Shown here: piece by piece, positions 47,894 through 58,434 of the stretch | Numbering within the stretch: the stretch's first letter is position 1 | Layout: each line of letters begins with the position of its first letter | Assembly: GCA_038883655.1 (NCBI GenBank) | Contig: JAVZLQ010000002.1 | Span: 121,625 to 185,624, forward strand | DNA from: Candidatus Bathyarchaeia archaeon | GTDB taxonomy: Archaea > Thermoproteota > Bathyarchaeia > Bathyarchaeales > Bathycorpusculaceae | DNA length: 64,000 nt | Direction: 5' to 3' | The notes under the pieces: generated by a model | The model's input: the letters and a program-made list of their open reading frames with translations, nothing else | What the model was told of the DNA's origin: nothing | Database searches by the model: none | Program-made: the position numbers and the translations under genes

Positions 47894-48853
47894 ATGAATG
47901 TTTGGAAACTTCGTGCCTCAATGATTGGAACCTTGGCCATAATAATAGGCTTGTCCACGTTAGTCTTTACAGTTATCCTTAGCCTTATCGGTTCATTTAG
48001 CCTTATAACTCTAGGCGTTCTTGTTGTTGCCTTCAACATCCTTCAGTGGCTGATATCGCCATACATTATTGATGCGCTTTACGGTACGCGTGAATTGCCT
48101 GAAAGCGAAAACCCGAAGCTGCATGAAATAATTGAGAAGTTAAGCGCGAAAAGCGGGATTAGGAAGCCAAAGCTTATGCTTGCACAGATTCCAATTCCAA
48201 ACGCTTTTGCCTACGGTTCGCCCATAACTGGAAACCGCGTTGCAGTCACAAGTGGTTTGCTAAAAACTTTGGAGACAGAGGAAGTCGAAGCTGTCATTGG
48301 ACATGAGCTTGGACACTTGAAGCATAGAGATGTGCAATTAATGATGTTTGTTTCGCTTTTGCCCGCTTTGCTTTATTACATTGGCTACTCGCTTATACTC
48401 TCATCCATGTATCGCGGACAGAGAGAACAAGGCAGCGGCGGAGCAGTTTTAGGTTTTGGCTTTATGGCTTTCTCGTGGATACTTAACATGTTCATACTCT
48501 ACTTGAGTCGTCTCCGCGAGTATTATGCTGACAACCACAGCGTCCAAATAGTTGATGATGGAGCGCGGAAACTTTCAGAAGGCTTGGCAAAGATAGTTCA
48601 TGCGACACGAAACATGCGCAGAATGCGCAGGGACGCGCAGCACCTAAACGCGTTCAAAGCCCTCTTCATCACAGACCCAGACCGCGCTGAAAACGATGCA
48701 ATGGAAATGTCTGCTGTGGCTGGTGGAAGCGACCAAAAGCTTGTTCAGGAAATTCTATCCCAAAGGGTTACAACCATTGATAGGATAGTTGAAATTTTCT
48801 CGACGCATCCCAACATTGTGAAGAGGCTTAAGGCGCTACAACAGCAAGCATAA
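47894..48853 (+). CDS. htpX: Zn metalloprotease HtpX
   Basis: PNAFA, HELGH, SRLREYYAD, STHP. Confidence 0.94.
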   Translation: MNVWKLRASMIGTLAIIIGLSTLVFTVILSLIGSFSLITLGVLVVAFNILQWLISPYIIDALYGTRELPESENPKLHEIIEKLSAKSGIRKPKLMLAQIPIPNAFAYGSPITGNRVAVTSGLLKTLETEEVEAVIGHELGHLKHRDVQLMMFVSLLPALLYYIGYSLILSSMYRGQREQGSGGAVLGFGFMAFSWILNMFILYLSRLREYYADNHSVQIVDDGARKLSEGLAKIVHATRNMRRMRRDAQHLNAFKALFITDPDRAENDAMEMSAVAGGSDQKLVQEILSQRVTTIDRIVEIFSTHPNIVKRLKALQQQA

Positions 48854-48933
48854 GCCATTTTTCACCTTATTTTTGAAAAAGTTAAAACATGTAAGCGTTA
48901 TTCTCTACTAGGCAATAAAAGCATGAGAAGTGG

Positions 48934-50163
48934 TTGGATATGCAGTCTCAAGTATTCCATGAGATTGATAAAGCCAAAAACGACATGATACAAGCATTAA
49001 TGGAGCTTATTCGTGTCCCTGCGATTGCGCCAGAAAATGGTGGGGAAGGCGAAACCAGAAAGGCTGAAAAACTGCTTGAAATTCTTGACAGCGTCGGCTT
49101 TGACAAGATAGAGCGTTATGATGCCGTGGATGAAAGGGTTCCATCCAAAAGGAGACCAAACATAGTAGCATACTGTCATGGCGAAAATGTTGCCGAAAAA
49201 CTTTGGATAATAACGCACATGGACGTTGTACCGCCCGGGGAGGAATCGCTGTGGACTGTTACAAAGCCTTTTGAACCGCTTTTTAGCGAAGGCAAAATCT
49301 ATGGGCGTGGAAGTGAGGACAACGGACAATCAATGGTTGCTTCGATTTTCGCGGTTAAAGCCTTAAGAAAACTGGGCTTAAAGCCAAAAAGAACGGTTGC
49401 GTTGGCTTTTGTTGCCGACGAGGAGCAGGGAAGCAAATACGGCATACAACACCTTATAGGGCAAGGGCTCTTCGAAAAAGATGATTTGATAATTGTTCCA
49501 GACGGCGGAAGCGAAGATGGGAGCTTCATCGAAATAGCTGAAAAAAGCGCCTTGTGGTTTAGGATACGCACAACTGGACAGCAAGTGCACGCAAGCAGAC
49601 CGCACAAAGGGTTAAACGCGCACCGTGTGGGAATAGAATACACCATAGCCCTTGACAAGATGCTTCACGAGAGGTATTCGCTTAAAGACGCGTATTTCGA
49701 CCCTCCGGAAAGCACCTTTGAGCCTACAAAGAAGGAGAAGAACGTTGACGCGGTTAACATAGTTCCAGGCGAAGACATAACATATTTTGACTGTCGAATA
49801 CTGCCAAACTATGATTTGGACGAAATCTTGCAGAACATTCGCGCTTTGGCTGAGGAATTCCAAAAGAAAACTGGAGCAAAAATAAGCGTTGAAGTTGTGA
49901 GCAAAAGCGTTGCGCCTAAGCCAACAGACCCCAACTCAAAAGTTGTAACAATGTTAAAGAAAGCGTTAAGGAAAATTAGAGGAATAGAGCCAAAAGTTGG
50001 AGGAATAGGCGGGGGAACATGCGCCGCCTTCTTCAGAAGAATAGGTGTGCCAGCAGTCGTCTGGTGCACAATTGATGAGACGGCGCATCAGCCAAACGAA
50101 TACGCAAAAATAGAGAACATGGTAAACGACGCAAAAACGTTCGCGTTAATGGCAATTTCATAG
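48934..50163 (+). CDS. M20 metallohydrolase (DapE/ArgE-like)
   Basis: HMDVVP, GRGSEDN, DEE, AHQPNE. Confidence 0.92.
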   Translation: MDMQSQVFHEIDKAKNDMIQALMELIRVPAIAPENGGEGETRKAEKLLEILDSVGFDKIERYDAVDERVPSKRRPNIVAYCHGENVAEKLWIITHMDVVPPGEESLWTVTKPFEPLFSEGKIYGRGSEDNGQSMVASIFAVKALRKLGLKPKRTVALAFVADEEQGSKYGIQHLIGQGLFEKDDLIIVPDGGSEDGSFIEIAEKSALWFRIRTTGQQVHASRPHKGLNAHRVGIEYTIALDKMLHERYSLKDAYFDPPESTFEPTKKEKNVDAVNIVPGEDITYFDCRILPNYDLDEILQNIRALAEEFQKKTGAKISVEVVSKSVAPKPTDPNSKVVTMLKKALRKIRGIEPKVGGIGGGTCAAFFRRIGVPAVVWCTIDETAHQPNEYAKIENMVNDAKTFALMAIS

Positions 50164-50207
50164 AGAGTGGGAAAAATTTATATGGTTGGATAATCCATCC
50201 AATAACT

Positions 50208-50762
50208 ATGGAGAACAGTAGGACTTCCCAACTTGCCTTTTTCAGCATCCTAACAGCAATCTGCCTTGCCTTGCAGTTATCACCTAGACCCCCGAACGTC
50301 GAATTCACATCCCTTTTCACGTTCATCATCGGCTTTATTTATGGGTGTCTTGCTGGAATGCTTTTTGGTGGTTTTGTTATGTTTGTCAACGGATTTTTCT
50401 CTCCATGGGGATTTGCTGGTCCAAATATGCCTTTTCAAATGGTCGGCATGTCCTTAATTGGTTTAGCCGGAGGCGTATACCAAAAGTTTTCGAAAGACTA
50501 TAATTCGAAAAGTTTTTGCCTTGAAGCTGCAGTTTTAGGTGCCTTTTTCACAACACTTTACGACCTTATAACAAATCTCGGAGTTGCTCTCCAATTTGCC
50601 CTTTCCGGCACGCCACCCAATTTAGCAGTGTTAACCGCCCTAGCTTACGGGACTTCCTTATCTCTAATTCATGTAGCATCCAACACAGCCTTGTTTGGAG
50701 TTGCCCTCCTACCGCTAATTAAAGCCTTGCACAACGTCATGGTGGTTAAAAAATTTGGTTGA
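50208..50762 (+). CDS. ECF S-component (CbrT-like)
   Basis: PNVE motif; multiple TM helices. Confidence 0.75.
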   Translation: MENSRTSQLAFFSILTAICLALQLSPRPPNVEFTSLFTFIIGFIYGCLAGMLFGGFVMFVNGFFSPWGFAGPNMPFQMVGMSLIGLAGGVYQKFSKDYNSKSFCLEAAVLGAFFTTLYDLITNLGVALQFALSGTPPNLAVLTALAYGTSLSLIHVASNTALFGVALLPLIKALHNVMVVKKFG

Positions 50763-51546
50763 AAAAAGAACATTAACATTTGCAATCTTAGCCGTGATTG
50801 TTTGGGCGTTTTTAGCTACAAGTATCGCAACATACTATTACATTCAACAGTTAACGGTAAAAAACCAACTTGATGAGAAACAACAATTGCTGACCGATTT
50901 ATCAGAAAGCTATGAGGAGTCTGTTGTAAAGCGAAACTTACTGTTTGCCGAGTATGGCGCGTTGCTTGGGGAATATCAATGGTTTCAAGGCGATAATTAC
51001 TCCTTGTTCATGAGTACTTACGCACGACTGCTTCTAAATCTAAAAGAAAATTATACGGTTATACTTAACGAGTTTCCAGAATTAAACGAAACCTACAATC
51101 TTTTACTAAACAAATCCCAAGAACTAAGTACAAAAAGCGAAGTGACAAAGGAAGAATTCGGTGCGTTACTGGAAGGCTTCTATAAATTGTTCACCGCCTT
51201 GTCGCTGAAAGAATTAGAGAACACTATTGGCAAGGCAAGTCGGATACAAGTAAGCCTATGCATAAACTACACCCTATTAGGCGGAACCATAGAATGGCAC
51301 AACATCTCCATCTCATCCCACGCCACCCTATTTGATTTAACGCGAGAAGTAGCCAACGTTACATATGAGTATTGGGCAACAATAGAACCAGGCCATATAA
51401 TTATAAAATCAATTAATAATCAAACGGCTTGGTGGCTTTGGTACTACTGGGATGAAAACATAAACAATTGGGTATGGGGACCCGTTGGCTGTGACGCTTG
51501 GACTTTGAAGAACAACGGAATCTACAAATGGGATGTCTACTCATAA
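50755..51546 (+). CDS. Membrane-anchored coiled-coil protein with DUF4430-like C-terminal domain
   Basis: TLFDL...IKSIN..W.WY..GPVGCD..L. Confidence 0.65.
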   Translation: MVEKRTLTFAILAVIVWAFLATSIATYYYIQQLTVKNQLDEKQQLLTDLSESYEESVVKRNLLFAEYGALLGEYQWFQGDNYSLFMSTYARLLLNLKENYTVILNEFPELNETYNLLLNKSQELSTKSEVTKEEFGALLEGFYKLFTALSLKELENTIGKASRIQVSLCINYTLLGGTIEWHNISISSHATLFDLTREVANVTYEYWATIEPGHIIIKSINNQTAWWLWYYWDENINNWVWGPVGCDAWTLKNNGIYKWDVYS

Positions 51547-51610
51547 AAACCTAAGCAAATAAACCAAAAGGATTTTAATTTGAAAAAAGAACTGAACGTT
51601 ACAAGAAAAT

Positions 51611-52321
51611 ATGAGGGAACAAATCTTGAACAAAATAGAAACTATATTTGATAAAGCTCGCAAGGCTGGAAGAAAATATCTCCTTGAAACAGAAGCCAAA
51701 AGCGTCTGTATCGAATATGACATTCCAGTCACTAAGTTTAAGCTAGCTAAAAATGAGGCTGAAGCTGTTAAATTTGCAGAAGAAATAGGTTATCCGGTTG
51801 TTCTAAAAATCGTCTCACCTGACATTATTCACAAGTCTGATATTGGCGGGGTTATGGTCAACTTGAAAGATGCAAAAGATGTTCGAGGCGCCTACAAACG
51901 GATTTTGGAAAACGTGAAAAAGAATAAAGCCGACGCGAGAATAGAGGGCGTACTTGTTCAGGAGATGGCTCCGCCTTCAACTGAGATCATAGTTGGCGCT
52001 GTTAAAGACCCGCAGTTTGGTCCAGCCTTGATGTTTGGTCTTGGCGGAATTTTCGTTGAGGTTTTACGGGACGTCGCCTTCCGGATTGCGCCTATAAGTG
52101 AGGATGAAGCTCGCGAGATGATTGGCGAGATTAAGGCTTACCCGTTATTAAAGGGTTATCGCGGCTTGCCCCCAGCAGATATCGAAGCCATAGTCAAGAT
52201 TCTCGTCAACACTTCAAGGCTTGTTATGGAGCATCAAGAGATCAAGGAGCTTGATTTGAATCCAATAATGGTTTATGAGAAAGGCGCAAAAACGGTTGAT
52301 GCGAGAATCATCCTTGAATGA
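51611..52321 (+). CDS. acdB: ADP-forming acyl-CoA synthetase beta subunit
   Basis: KIVSPDIIHKSD.GGV, DPQFGP..MFGLGG, ELDLNP, VDAR. Confidence 0.93.
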   Translation: MREQILNKIETIFDKARKAGRKYLLETEAKSVCIEYDIPVTKFKLAKNEAEAVKFAEEIGYPVVLKIVSPDIIHKSDIGGVMVNLKDAKDVRGAYKRILENVKKNKADARIEGVLVQEMAPPSTEIIVGAVKDPQFGPALMFGLGGIFVEVLRDVAFRIAPISEDEAREMIGEIKAYPLLKGYRGLPPADIEAIVKILVNTSRLVMEHQEIKELDLNPIMVYEKGAKTVDARIILE

Positions 52322-53159
52322 TTATGCAACTATGCCAAAAAGCGAAGTTTTCGCGAATATCTGCATACCACCCGAAACGCCCTTCTTTTTGAGAATTGAT
52401 GGATGGAGGTTCCAAAAGCTATCAGAAGACATAGGCGCCAAAAAACCATTCGACGAGAAATTTGCAAAATGCCTAGTATATTCTGCAGAAACAATTTTTA
52501 AAGCGGGCTTCGACCCAACTTTGGTTTATGTTGCAAGCGACGAACTGAACATACTTTTTCTAGAGGAATCACCATTCAACCGACGCGTTGAAAAGATCGA
52601 TTCCGTAATTCCAAGTCTAGCTTCAACAGCATTTGCGCTATGCGTGGAAAAACTGTTTAAGAAAAAGCCCACTGTAGCTTTCGACTCCCGCATAGTAGTG
52701 GTTTCAAGCGAAGATAGGATAATCAAGTATTTGGCTTGGAGACAAAGCGACCTATGGAGAAACCACAATAACGCTTATGCCTACTGGCTCTTGCGTAAAA
52801 ATGGATGTAAGCCGTCAGAAGCCTCGAGAAAGCTTAGGGGGCTAAAAACAGAGGAGCTCCATGAAATAGCGTTTAAACACGGCTTAAATTTGGCTGAAAC
52901 ACCCGCGTGGCAGAGAAGGGGCATCCTCATTTACAAGGAACCCTATACCAAATGGATCGAAAACCACGTTGCTGGACGATGGAGGCTAAAGGCGGAGTGG
53001 AACACGCCACTTTTTACGTCTGATGATGGAGTAAAGCTAATCAAACAGATTATAGAATGGAAAAAGCGAAAGAGGAAAAAGGTTGTCAGAGCAACAGAAA
53101 ACCCAGCAAATATCAGAGCTAAGCCAAAAACTCTCCGTTTTAAAAGAGCAGAGGGATAA
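52314..53159 (+). CDS. thg1: tRNA-His guanylyltransferase (Thg1-like)
   Basis: RIDGW.F, SDE, FDSR, Y..WRQ.D..RN, RRG; start approximate. Confidence 0.92.
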   Translation: MNDYATMPKSEVFANICIPPETPFFLRIDGWRFQKLSEDIGAKKPFDEKFAKCLVYSAETIFKAGFDPTLVYVASDELNILFLEESPFNRRVEKIDSVIPSLASTAFALCVEKLFKKKPTVAFDSRIVVVSSEDRIIKYLAWRQSDLWRNHNNAYAYWLLRKNGCKPSEASRKLRGLKTEELHEIAFKHGLNLAETPAWQRRGILIYKEPYTKWIENHVAGRWRLKAEWNTPLFTSDDGVKLIKQIIEWKKRKRKKVVRATENPANIRAKPKTLRFKRAEG

Positions 53160-53946
53160 GCTTAAAGCTGAGGCTGAAGCTTGGGCTGAAAAAAGAGACA
53201 AGCTAAACGAGCAGATCAGGCGCTTACGCGCAGAAATTTTTGAACTAAAGAATGAAAGGAACAAGCTAAACGAGGATGTCAAGCAACTCAAACAGAAAAG
53301 AAACGGAATACTAGAGAAAATACGCGCAAAAATAGAAGATGCAAAAAGCCTCAACGAAGAGCTAAAAGAACTGAACAAGAAAAAGCCACGCAAGAACATA
53401 AGCGCAGTTCAAAAAGAAATTGATGCCATCGAATGGAGAATCCAAACAAACCCACTAAATCTCCAAGAGGAAAAAATGCTTGTTGAAAGGATAAAGAATC
53501 TAGAAACTCAACTTGCGATGCTCAAGAAAATCGAGCAGACAAGCCAAAAGCTGCTCGAGCTGCGCGCTGAGATCAAAGCTCTTGAAACCGAAGGACGGAC
53601 TTGCCATGAAAGGCTAACTGAACTGGCTAAGAAAAGCCAAGAACTGCATGAAAAAATGCTTGCGAAGATAGAAGAACTTGGCAAGGTTAAGACAGAGGCT
53701 GATGAGTTTCACAAGCAGTTTTTGGATGTTAAAGAGAAGATTGCGCCAATTAACGAGGAGATTCAAGGTCTTCTAAGCCAAATGAGGACATTGAAAGGCG
53801 AACTGTTAAAAGAGAAAATGGAAAAAGCCAAGGAAAATGAGCGAGTTCTCCGCGAGAAACTTAAACAGCAAGTTAAGGAAAAACTCAGATGTGGAGAAAA
53901 GCTGACATGGGAGGAATTCCAACTCCTCGAGGACGAGGATTTATGA
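53083..53946 (+). CDS. Archaeal coiled-coil protein (COG1340-like)
   Basis: KRDKLN, EW.IQT..L..EK, GEKLT.EE. Confidence 0.85.
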   Translation: MSEQQKTQQISELSQKLSVLKEQRDKLKAEAEAWAEKRDKLNEQIRRLRAEIFELKNERNKLNEDVKQLKQKRNGILEKIRAKIEDAKSLNEELKELNKKKPRKNISAVQKEIDAIEWRIQTNPLNLQEEKMLVERIKNLETQLAMLKKIEQTSQKLLELRAEIKALETEGRTCHERLTELAKKSQELHEKMLAKIEELGKVKTEADEFHKQFLDVKEKIAPINEEIQGLLSQMRTLKGELLKEKMEKAKENERVLREKLKQQVKEKLRCGEKLTWEEFQLLEDEDL

Positions 53947-53997
53947 CACAAAATTAAAGTGTGGCAACTATAAAGTAAATTGAGGAACAGGTAAATA

Positions 53998-55188
53998 ATG
54001 GCTGAAGAGAAGAAAGAAGCTAAAAAAGAGCAAAAACGCACTCTAATTTTGTGTGTTGATAGAGACGGCGATTTAAGTGTAAAGGCTGGAATAAAAACAC
54101 CAGTTGTGGGCAGAGATGTAAACCTAAACGCAGCGGTGGCTCTTGCCCTTAAAGATCCAGAAGAGCCAGATGCAAACGCCATGTTTGAAGCCATACGCAT
54201 ATACGACAAACTTAGGGAGGAAAATCAAAACGAAATTTTCGAAATAGCCACAATCGCGGGTTCTGAGCTTGGCGACGTTAGCGCTGACAGAAAAATCGTC
54301 AACGAGTTAAACAGTGTGTTAAGCACTTTTCCAGCAAACGAGGTCATACTCGTGACCGATGGTTATTCTGACCAGGCGGTTTTGCCACTCGTGGAATCTA
54401 GGGTTCCAGTTTCATCCGTGAATCGCATAGTCGTGAGGCACAGCGAATCCATAGAAGAGACAGCCGCCCTTTTCACACGGTACTTGAAAATTTTATTGGA
54501 AAACCCGCGTTATTCGCGAATAGCCCTAGGTCTCCCTGGTCTTCTAATTTTAATTTTGGGCATACTCTCAATCTTCAACTTGCTCTACTATTATTGGATA
54601 GCCTTCGTCTTTGTCATAAGCGCTTATATGCTGATCAAGGGCTTTGGAGTGGACAAAGCAGCTAAAAGTGCTTATGAATGGGTTAAGGAGTATACTCCAC
54701 CGCCAATGCATGTGCAAATTTCGAATTACTCCATGATTGCTGGAGGACTGTGTATAGCCATTGGCAGCTATCTTGGATGGACAAGCGCAGCGAACTATGT
54801 AGCAAGCATCACTCCGCCACCAGATCCAACTGGATGGTTTGGCTTTTTACCGCGGATAATTGCCTACTTCATTAAAGGCGCAATGGACTTGATCATTGTC
54901 GGTATCTGCGTGACACTTTCTGGTAGAGCTGTGCGATGGTACATAGAACGCGATGTCCGCCTTCTTCGAAACGCCGTACTAATAGTTTTAATAGCTTGGT
55001 CAAGGTGGATTTTAGAGGGAACAGCAAACGTTTTAATAGAAGAGGGCTATGGTAAGCTTATCTTCGCGATAATTGTTGGAATTTTGATTGGGATAGCCTC
55101 AAGCATGGTTGCATTTGTTATACATAGGTCTGCTAAAGGATTTTTCATGGAATCTAAAGAGGGTGAAGAGGAGCTTGGAGAAAGCTGA
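53998..55188 (+). CDS. DUF373 membrane protein
   Basis: LCVDRDGD...TPVVG, DPEE.DAN, DG..D. Confidence 0.9.
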   Translation: MAEEKKEAKKEQKRTLILCVDRDGDLSVKAGIKTPVVGRDVNLNAAVALALKDPEEPDANAMFEAIRIYDKLREENQNEIFEIATIAGSELGDVSADRKIVNELNSVLSTFPANEVILVTDGYSDQAVLPLVESRVPVSSVNRIVVRHSESIEETAALFTRYLKILLENPRYSRIALGLPGLLILILGILSIFNLLYYYWIAFVFVISAYMLIKGFGVDKAAKSAYEWVKEYTPPPMHVQISNYSMIAGGLCIAIGSYLGWTSAANYVASITPPPDPTGWFGFLPRIIAYFIKGAMDLIIVGICVTLSGRAVRWYIERDVRLLRNAVLIVLIAWSRWILEGTANVLIEEGYGKLIFAIIVGILIGIASSMVAFVIHRSAKGFFMESKEGEEELGES

Positions 55189-55963
55189 AATTGGGGTTAT
55201 AGGCGGAACAGGCTTTGAAAGCTTATTTGAAGGCGCCGAACAGCTGCGCGTTGGAACACCTTATGGTGTTGCTCCACCACTTTCTATTGGAAATCTAGGC
55301 GGTAAGAAAGTTGTTTTTCTCCCAAGGCATGGTCCAAACCACTCTTTGCCTCCGCATAAGGTGAATTATAGGGCGAACATTTACGCTTTGCACAGCCTTG
55401 GCGTAAAGCGGATTATTGCAATAAACGCTGTGGGCGCAATAAATCGTAATTTTAAGCCTTCAGACATTGTGCTTCCACACGATTTTGTTGATTTCACAAA
55501 ACTTCGTCCAACAACCTTCTACGACGAGGCCCCAGTAACGCATATCGACGTTTCACAGCCATATTGCCCAGAAATACGGAAAGTCATCATTGAAACCGCG
55601 AAGAAACTTGGAGTAGATTTGTGGAGCGAAGCGATACTCGTTTGCACTGAAGGCCCAAGATTTGAGACCGCTGCTGAAATTGAGATTTTTAGGCGTTTGG
55701 GATGCGACGTGGTTGGGATGACCGGTGTTCCAGAGGTTGTTCTTGCTAGGGAGCTTGAAATTTGCTATGCCGCCCTATGTTTCGTGTCGAATATGGCTGC
55801 TGGCATCCAAGCGCGTCTAACACCAATGGAAGTTAGGGAAGTCTCAGCAAAAGTCATGCCAAAACTTAATCAACTTTTAACCAAAACAATAAAGGCTTTA
55901 CCAAGCACGCGTGAAGGCAAATGTATATGTGCTGATGCCCTTAAAAATGCGAGGTTCAAGTGA
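55175..55963 (+). CDS. mtnP: 5'-methylthioadenosine phosphorylase
   Basis: GVIGGTG, RHG, NYRANI, EGPRFET, GMT; start moved to TTG 55175. Confidence 0.9.
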   Translation: MEKAEIGVIGGTGFESLFEGAEQLRVGTPYGVAPPLSIGNLGGKKVVFLPRHGPNHSLPPHKVNYRANIYALHSLGVKRIIAINAVGAINRNFKPSDIVLPHDFVDFTKLRPTTFYDEAPVTHIDVSQPYCPEIRKVIIETAKKLGVDLWSEAILVCTEGPRFETAAEIEIFRRLGCDVVGMTGVPEVVLARELEICYAALCFVSNMAAGIQARLTPMEVREVSAKVMPKLNQLLTKTIKALPSTREGKCICADALKNARFK

Positions 55964-56745
55964 TGTTTAAGACTCTGCTTTCAACAATCGGCGCCTATAA
56001 GCTATATGAGAAATGGCTTTGGCATCAAGTCAAAAATGGCAACAAACCCGAACACATAGCAATAATTCTGGATGGAAACAGACGGTGGGCTTCCGAGAAA
56101 GACCTTAACCCATGGATTGGACACGCAAAGGGCGCGGAAAAAGTGGAACAACTCCTCGGCTGGTGCTTGAAACTTAAGGTTAAGTCCATAACGCTTTACG
56201 CTTTTTCTACCGAAAACTTTCGACGAACAAAAAGCGAAGTTGAAGAAATTATGCGCATAGCGGAAGAGGAATTTAGAAAAATCCTAACGGATGAACGCAT
56301 ACACAAAAACAAGGTTCGCGTGAAAGTGATAGGCAGACTAAACTTGCTTCCAGAAGACTTGAGACGCCTAATAAAGGATGTCGAAAACGCAACACAAAAT
56401 TATGACCAGTACTTCCTAAACATAGCCTTCGCCTACGGCGGAAGAGCAGAGATCGTCGACGCCGCCAGAAAAATAGCTGAAAAGGTCAAGGCTGGCGAGC
56501 TAAAGCCAGAAAATGTTGACGAAGAAACATTTGAAAAACACCTTTACACCGCACACATGCCAAAACAGGATCCAGACCTTATCATTAGAACTTCTGGCGA
56601 AGAAAGGCTAAGCGGCTTCCTCCTTTGGCAGTCAGCTTACAGCGAACTATGCTTTTTAGATGTTTATTGGCCCGATTTCCGATTCATAGACCTTTTAAGG
56701 GCTGTAAGAACATTCCAGAAACGCAAGAGGCGTTTTGGAGCCTAA
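55960..56745 (+). CDS. uppS: cis-prenyltransferase
   Basis: ILDGNRRWA, FSTENF, YGGR, RTSGEERLSGFLLWQ. Confidence 0.96.
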   Translation: MMFKTLLSTIGAYKLYEKWLWHQVKNGNKPEHIAIILDGNRRWASEKDLNPWIGHAKGAEKVEQLLGWCLKLKVKSITLYAFSTENFRRTKSEVEEIMRIAEEEFRKILTDERIHKNKVRVKVIGRLNLLPEDLRRLIKDVENATQNYDQYFLNIAFAYGGRAEIVDAARKIAEKVKAGELKPENVDEETFEKHLYTAHMPKQDPDLIIRTSGEERLSGFLLWQSAYSELCFLDVYWPDFRFIDLLRAVRTFQKRKRRFGA

Positions 56746-56752
56746 AAGCCTT

Positions 56753-57976
56753 TTAAGCTCTCTTTTTGGCGCTCACTATGGATATTACGTCCCTATCTTT
56801 TAAAACGTAGTCTTCGCCTACGCGTTTACGCTCTCTTGCCTCAATAGCGTATATGAAGCTCTCGCCCAATTCGGTGTGTATTAGATAAGCGAGTTGGCGT
56901 GCAGTTGTCCCGTAAGGAACGAGGTAGGCGTCTGGCAGAACTCTGCCGTTATGGTCTGAGAGGTGTTCCAAATCTTCTACTGGGTAAACTGTTATCATGT
57001 TTAAGAGTTTGAAGTAAGCCATGTTTATTGCTTCCTGAACTCCAGTGGACCCATATTTTAGGAGTATCTTCTCCCTTATGGTTTCCAAGGCTTTAACTTG
57101 GTTTGGGGTCAGCTTTTCTTGGTCTGTTATGCGGAAGTTGCAATCTCCAGGTCTATAGTCTATTAACTTTTTTTCTGCTGCTCTTCGCAGGGCTAGTTCT
57201 GCTTCTGCACAGCATGGAACCACAATGTAGTTGAGCTTCTTTAATCTTTCAAGGTTCTGTTCTGCCGTTGGAAGGTCTATTTTGTTTGCGGCTATAAGCA
57301 TAGGCTTGGCTATTTGCCTTAAAGTGTCGACGAATTTTATGAATTCCTCCTCGCTCCAACTTGTTGGCTTGTCAGCGTTTAACCCCGCTTTCCTAACAGC
57401 CTCGAAAATGTGGACACGCTTAATTGCGAGTCCGCTGAGTCTCTCCTCAAGCATAGAGTAGAGGTCTTTGGCTTCAGCCTCAACCGTTCTTGCAATTTTC
57501 GGCCAATCACGTTTTAGGATGTTTGCCATCCACATCGTAATTTCATGTTCAAGAAACTTTACGTCTTCAAGCGGGTCGTGTTCGCCTGGCTTGCACATTC
57601 TCCCTTCGCAGTCTGTTCCTCCAGAAGCATCTATTATGTGTATAAGTGCGTCAGCCTTCCTAATCTCATCCAAAAACTGGTTGCCCAAACCCCTTCCTTG
57701 CCACGCTCCGGGCACAAGCCCCGCACAGTCTATGAACTCAACTGGAATAAGCCTAACACCATCAAGGCATAGGGAATTCACAGGCGTGTCCTTAACCCCG
57801 AATTCTTCGTGGACGCATGGTGTTCGCACATAGCCTACTCCCCGGTTCGGCTTTATTGTTGTAAATGGATAGTTGGCGATTTCGGCTGGTGCAAGAGTGG
57901 CAGCGCTAAAAAAAGTGGATTTGCCAGTGTTGGGCTTACCAACAATGCCCAACAATCGTGAATAGGATTTCTGCAT
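56753..57976 (-). CDS. ychF: OBG-family GTPase/ATPase (archaeal YchF-like) with TGS domain
   Basis: GKPNTGKST, YPFTTI, D.AG, NKID. Confidence 0.9.
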   Translation of the reverse strand: MQKSYSRLLGIVGKPNTGKSTFFSAATLAPAEIANYPFTTIKPNRGVGYVRTPCVHEEFGVKDTPVNSLCLDGVRLIPVEFIDCAGLVPGAWQGRGLGNQFLDEIRKADALIHIIDASGGTDCEGRMCKPGEHDPLEDVKFLEHEITMWMANILKRDWPKIARTVEAEAKDLYSMLEERLSGLAIKRVHIFEAVRKAGLNADKPTSWSEEEFIKFVDTLRQIAKPMLIAANKIDLPTAEQNLERLKKLNYIVVPCCAEAELALRRAAEKKLIDYRPGDCNFRITDQEKLTPNQVKALETIREKILLKYGSTGVQEAINMAYFKLLNMITVYPVEDLEHLSDHNGRVLPDAYLVPYGTTARQLAYLIHTELGESFIYAIEARERKRVGEDYVLKDRDVISIVSAKKRA

Positions 57977-58062
57977 TCCAAATTCCTAGCAGATATTTGT
58001 GGCGAATGGTTGTATATGATTTGCGTTTCGCCTGATCTGTCGCTGCCAAGATTTTTGATTTT

Positions 58063-58428
58063 CTAGAGTATAGGTAATTTTCTAGAGCATAGGTAAATTA
58101 GGGATATTGCTGGCACAACGAAACCCAATGCTGCAGTGTACTGTATTGTTAAACCCCATAAATCAAAAGCTATGGTTGCAACGCTTGCGAAGATTGTGCC
58201 CCAAAACCCCCATTTTCGCCTCATCAACAAGCCAAAAGCGGCTATGAATCCACAAATTCCCAGAAAAACGAACATTACAAATATCACTAGAGACGTTGCA
58301 TACGTGATGGGCACGTCTAAAAACTGGCCCATCCCTTCTGGTCTGCCGAGGAATGCGAATAAAAGTCTGCCAACAGATTGAAGTAGCCATAAAACGCATA
58401 TGAATAGGATTCCTTTGCTTTCCGCCAT
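58063..58428 (-). CDS. Small membrane protein
   Basis: About four TM segments. Confidence 0.65.
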   Translation of the reverse strand: MAESKGILFICVLWLLQSVGRLLFAFLGRPEGMGQFLDVPITYATSLVIFVMFVFLGICGFIAAFGLLMRRKWGFWGTIFASVATIAFDLWGLTIQYTAALGFVVPAISLIYLCSRKLPIL

Positions 58429-58434
58429 GTCACA

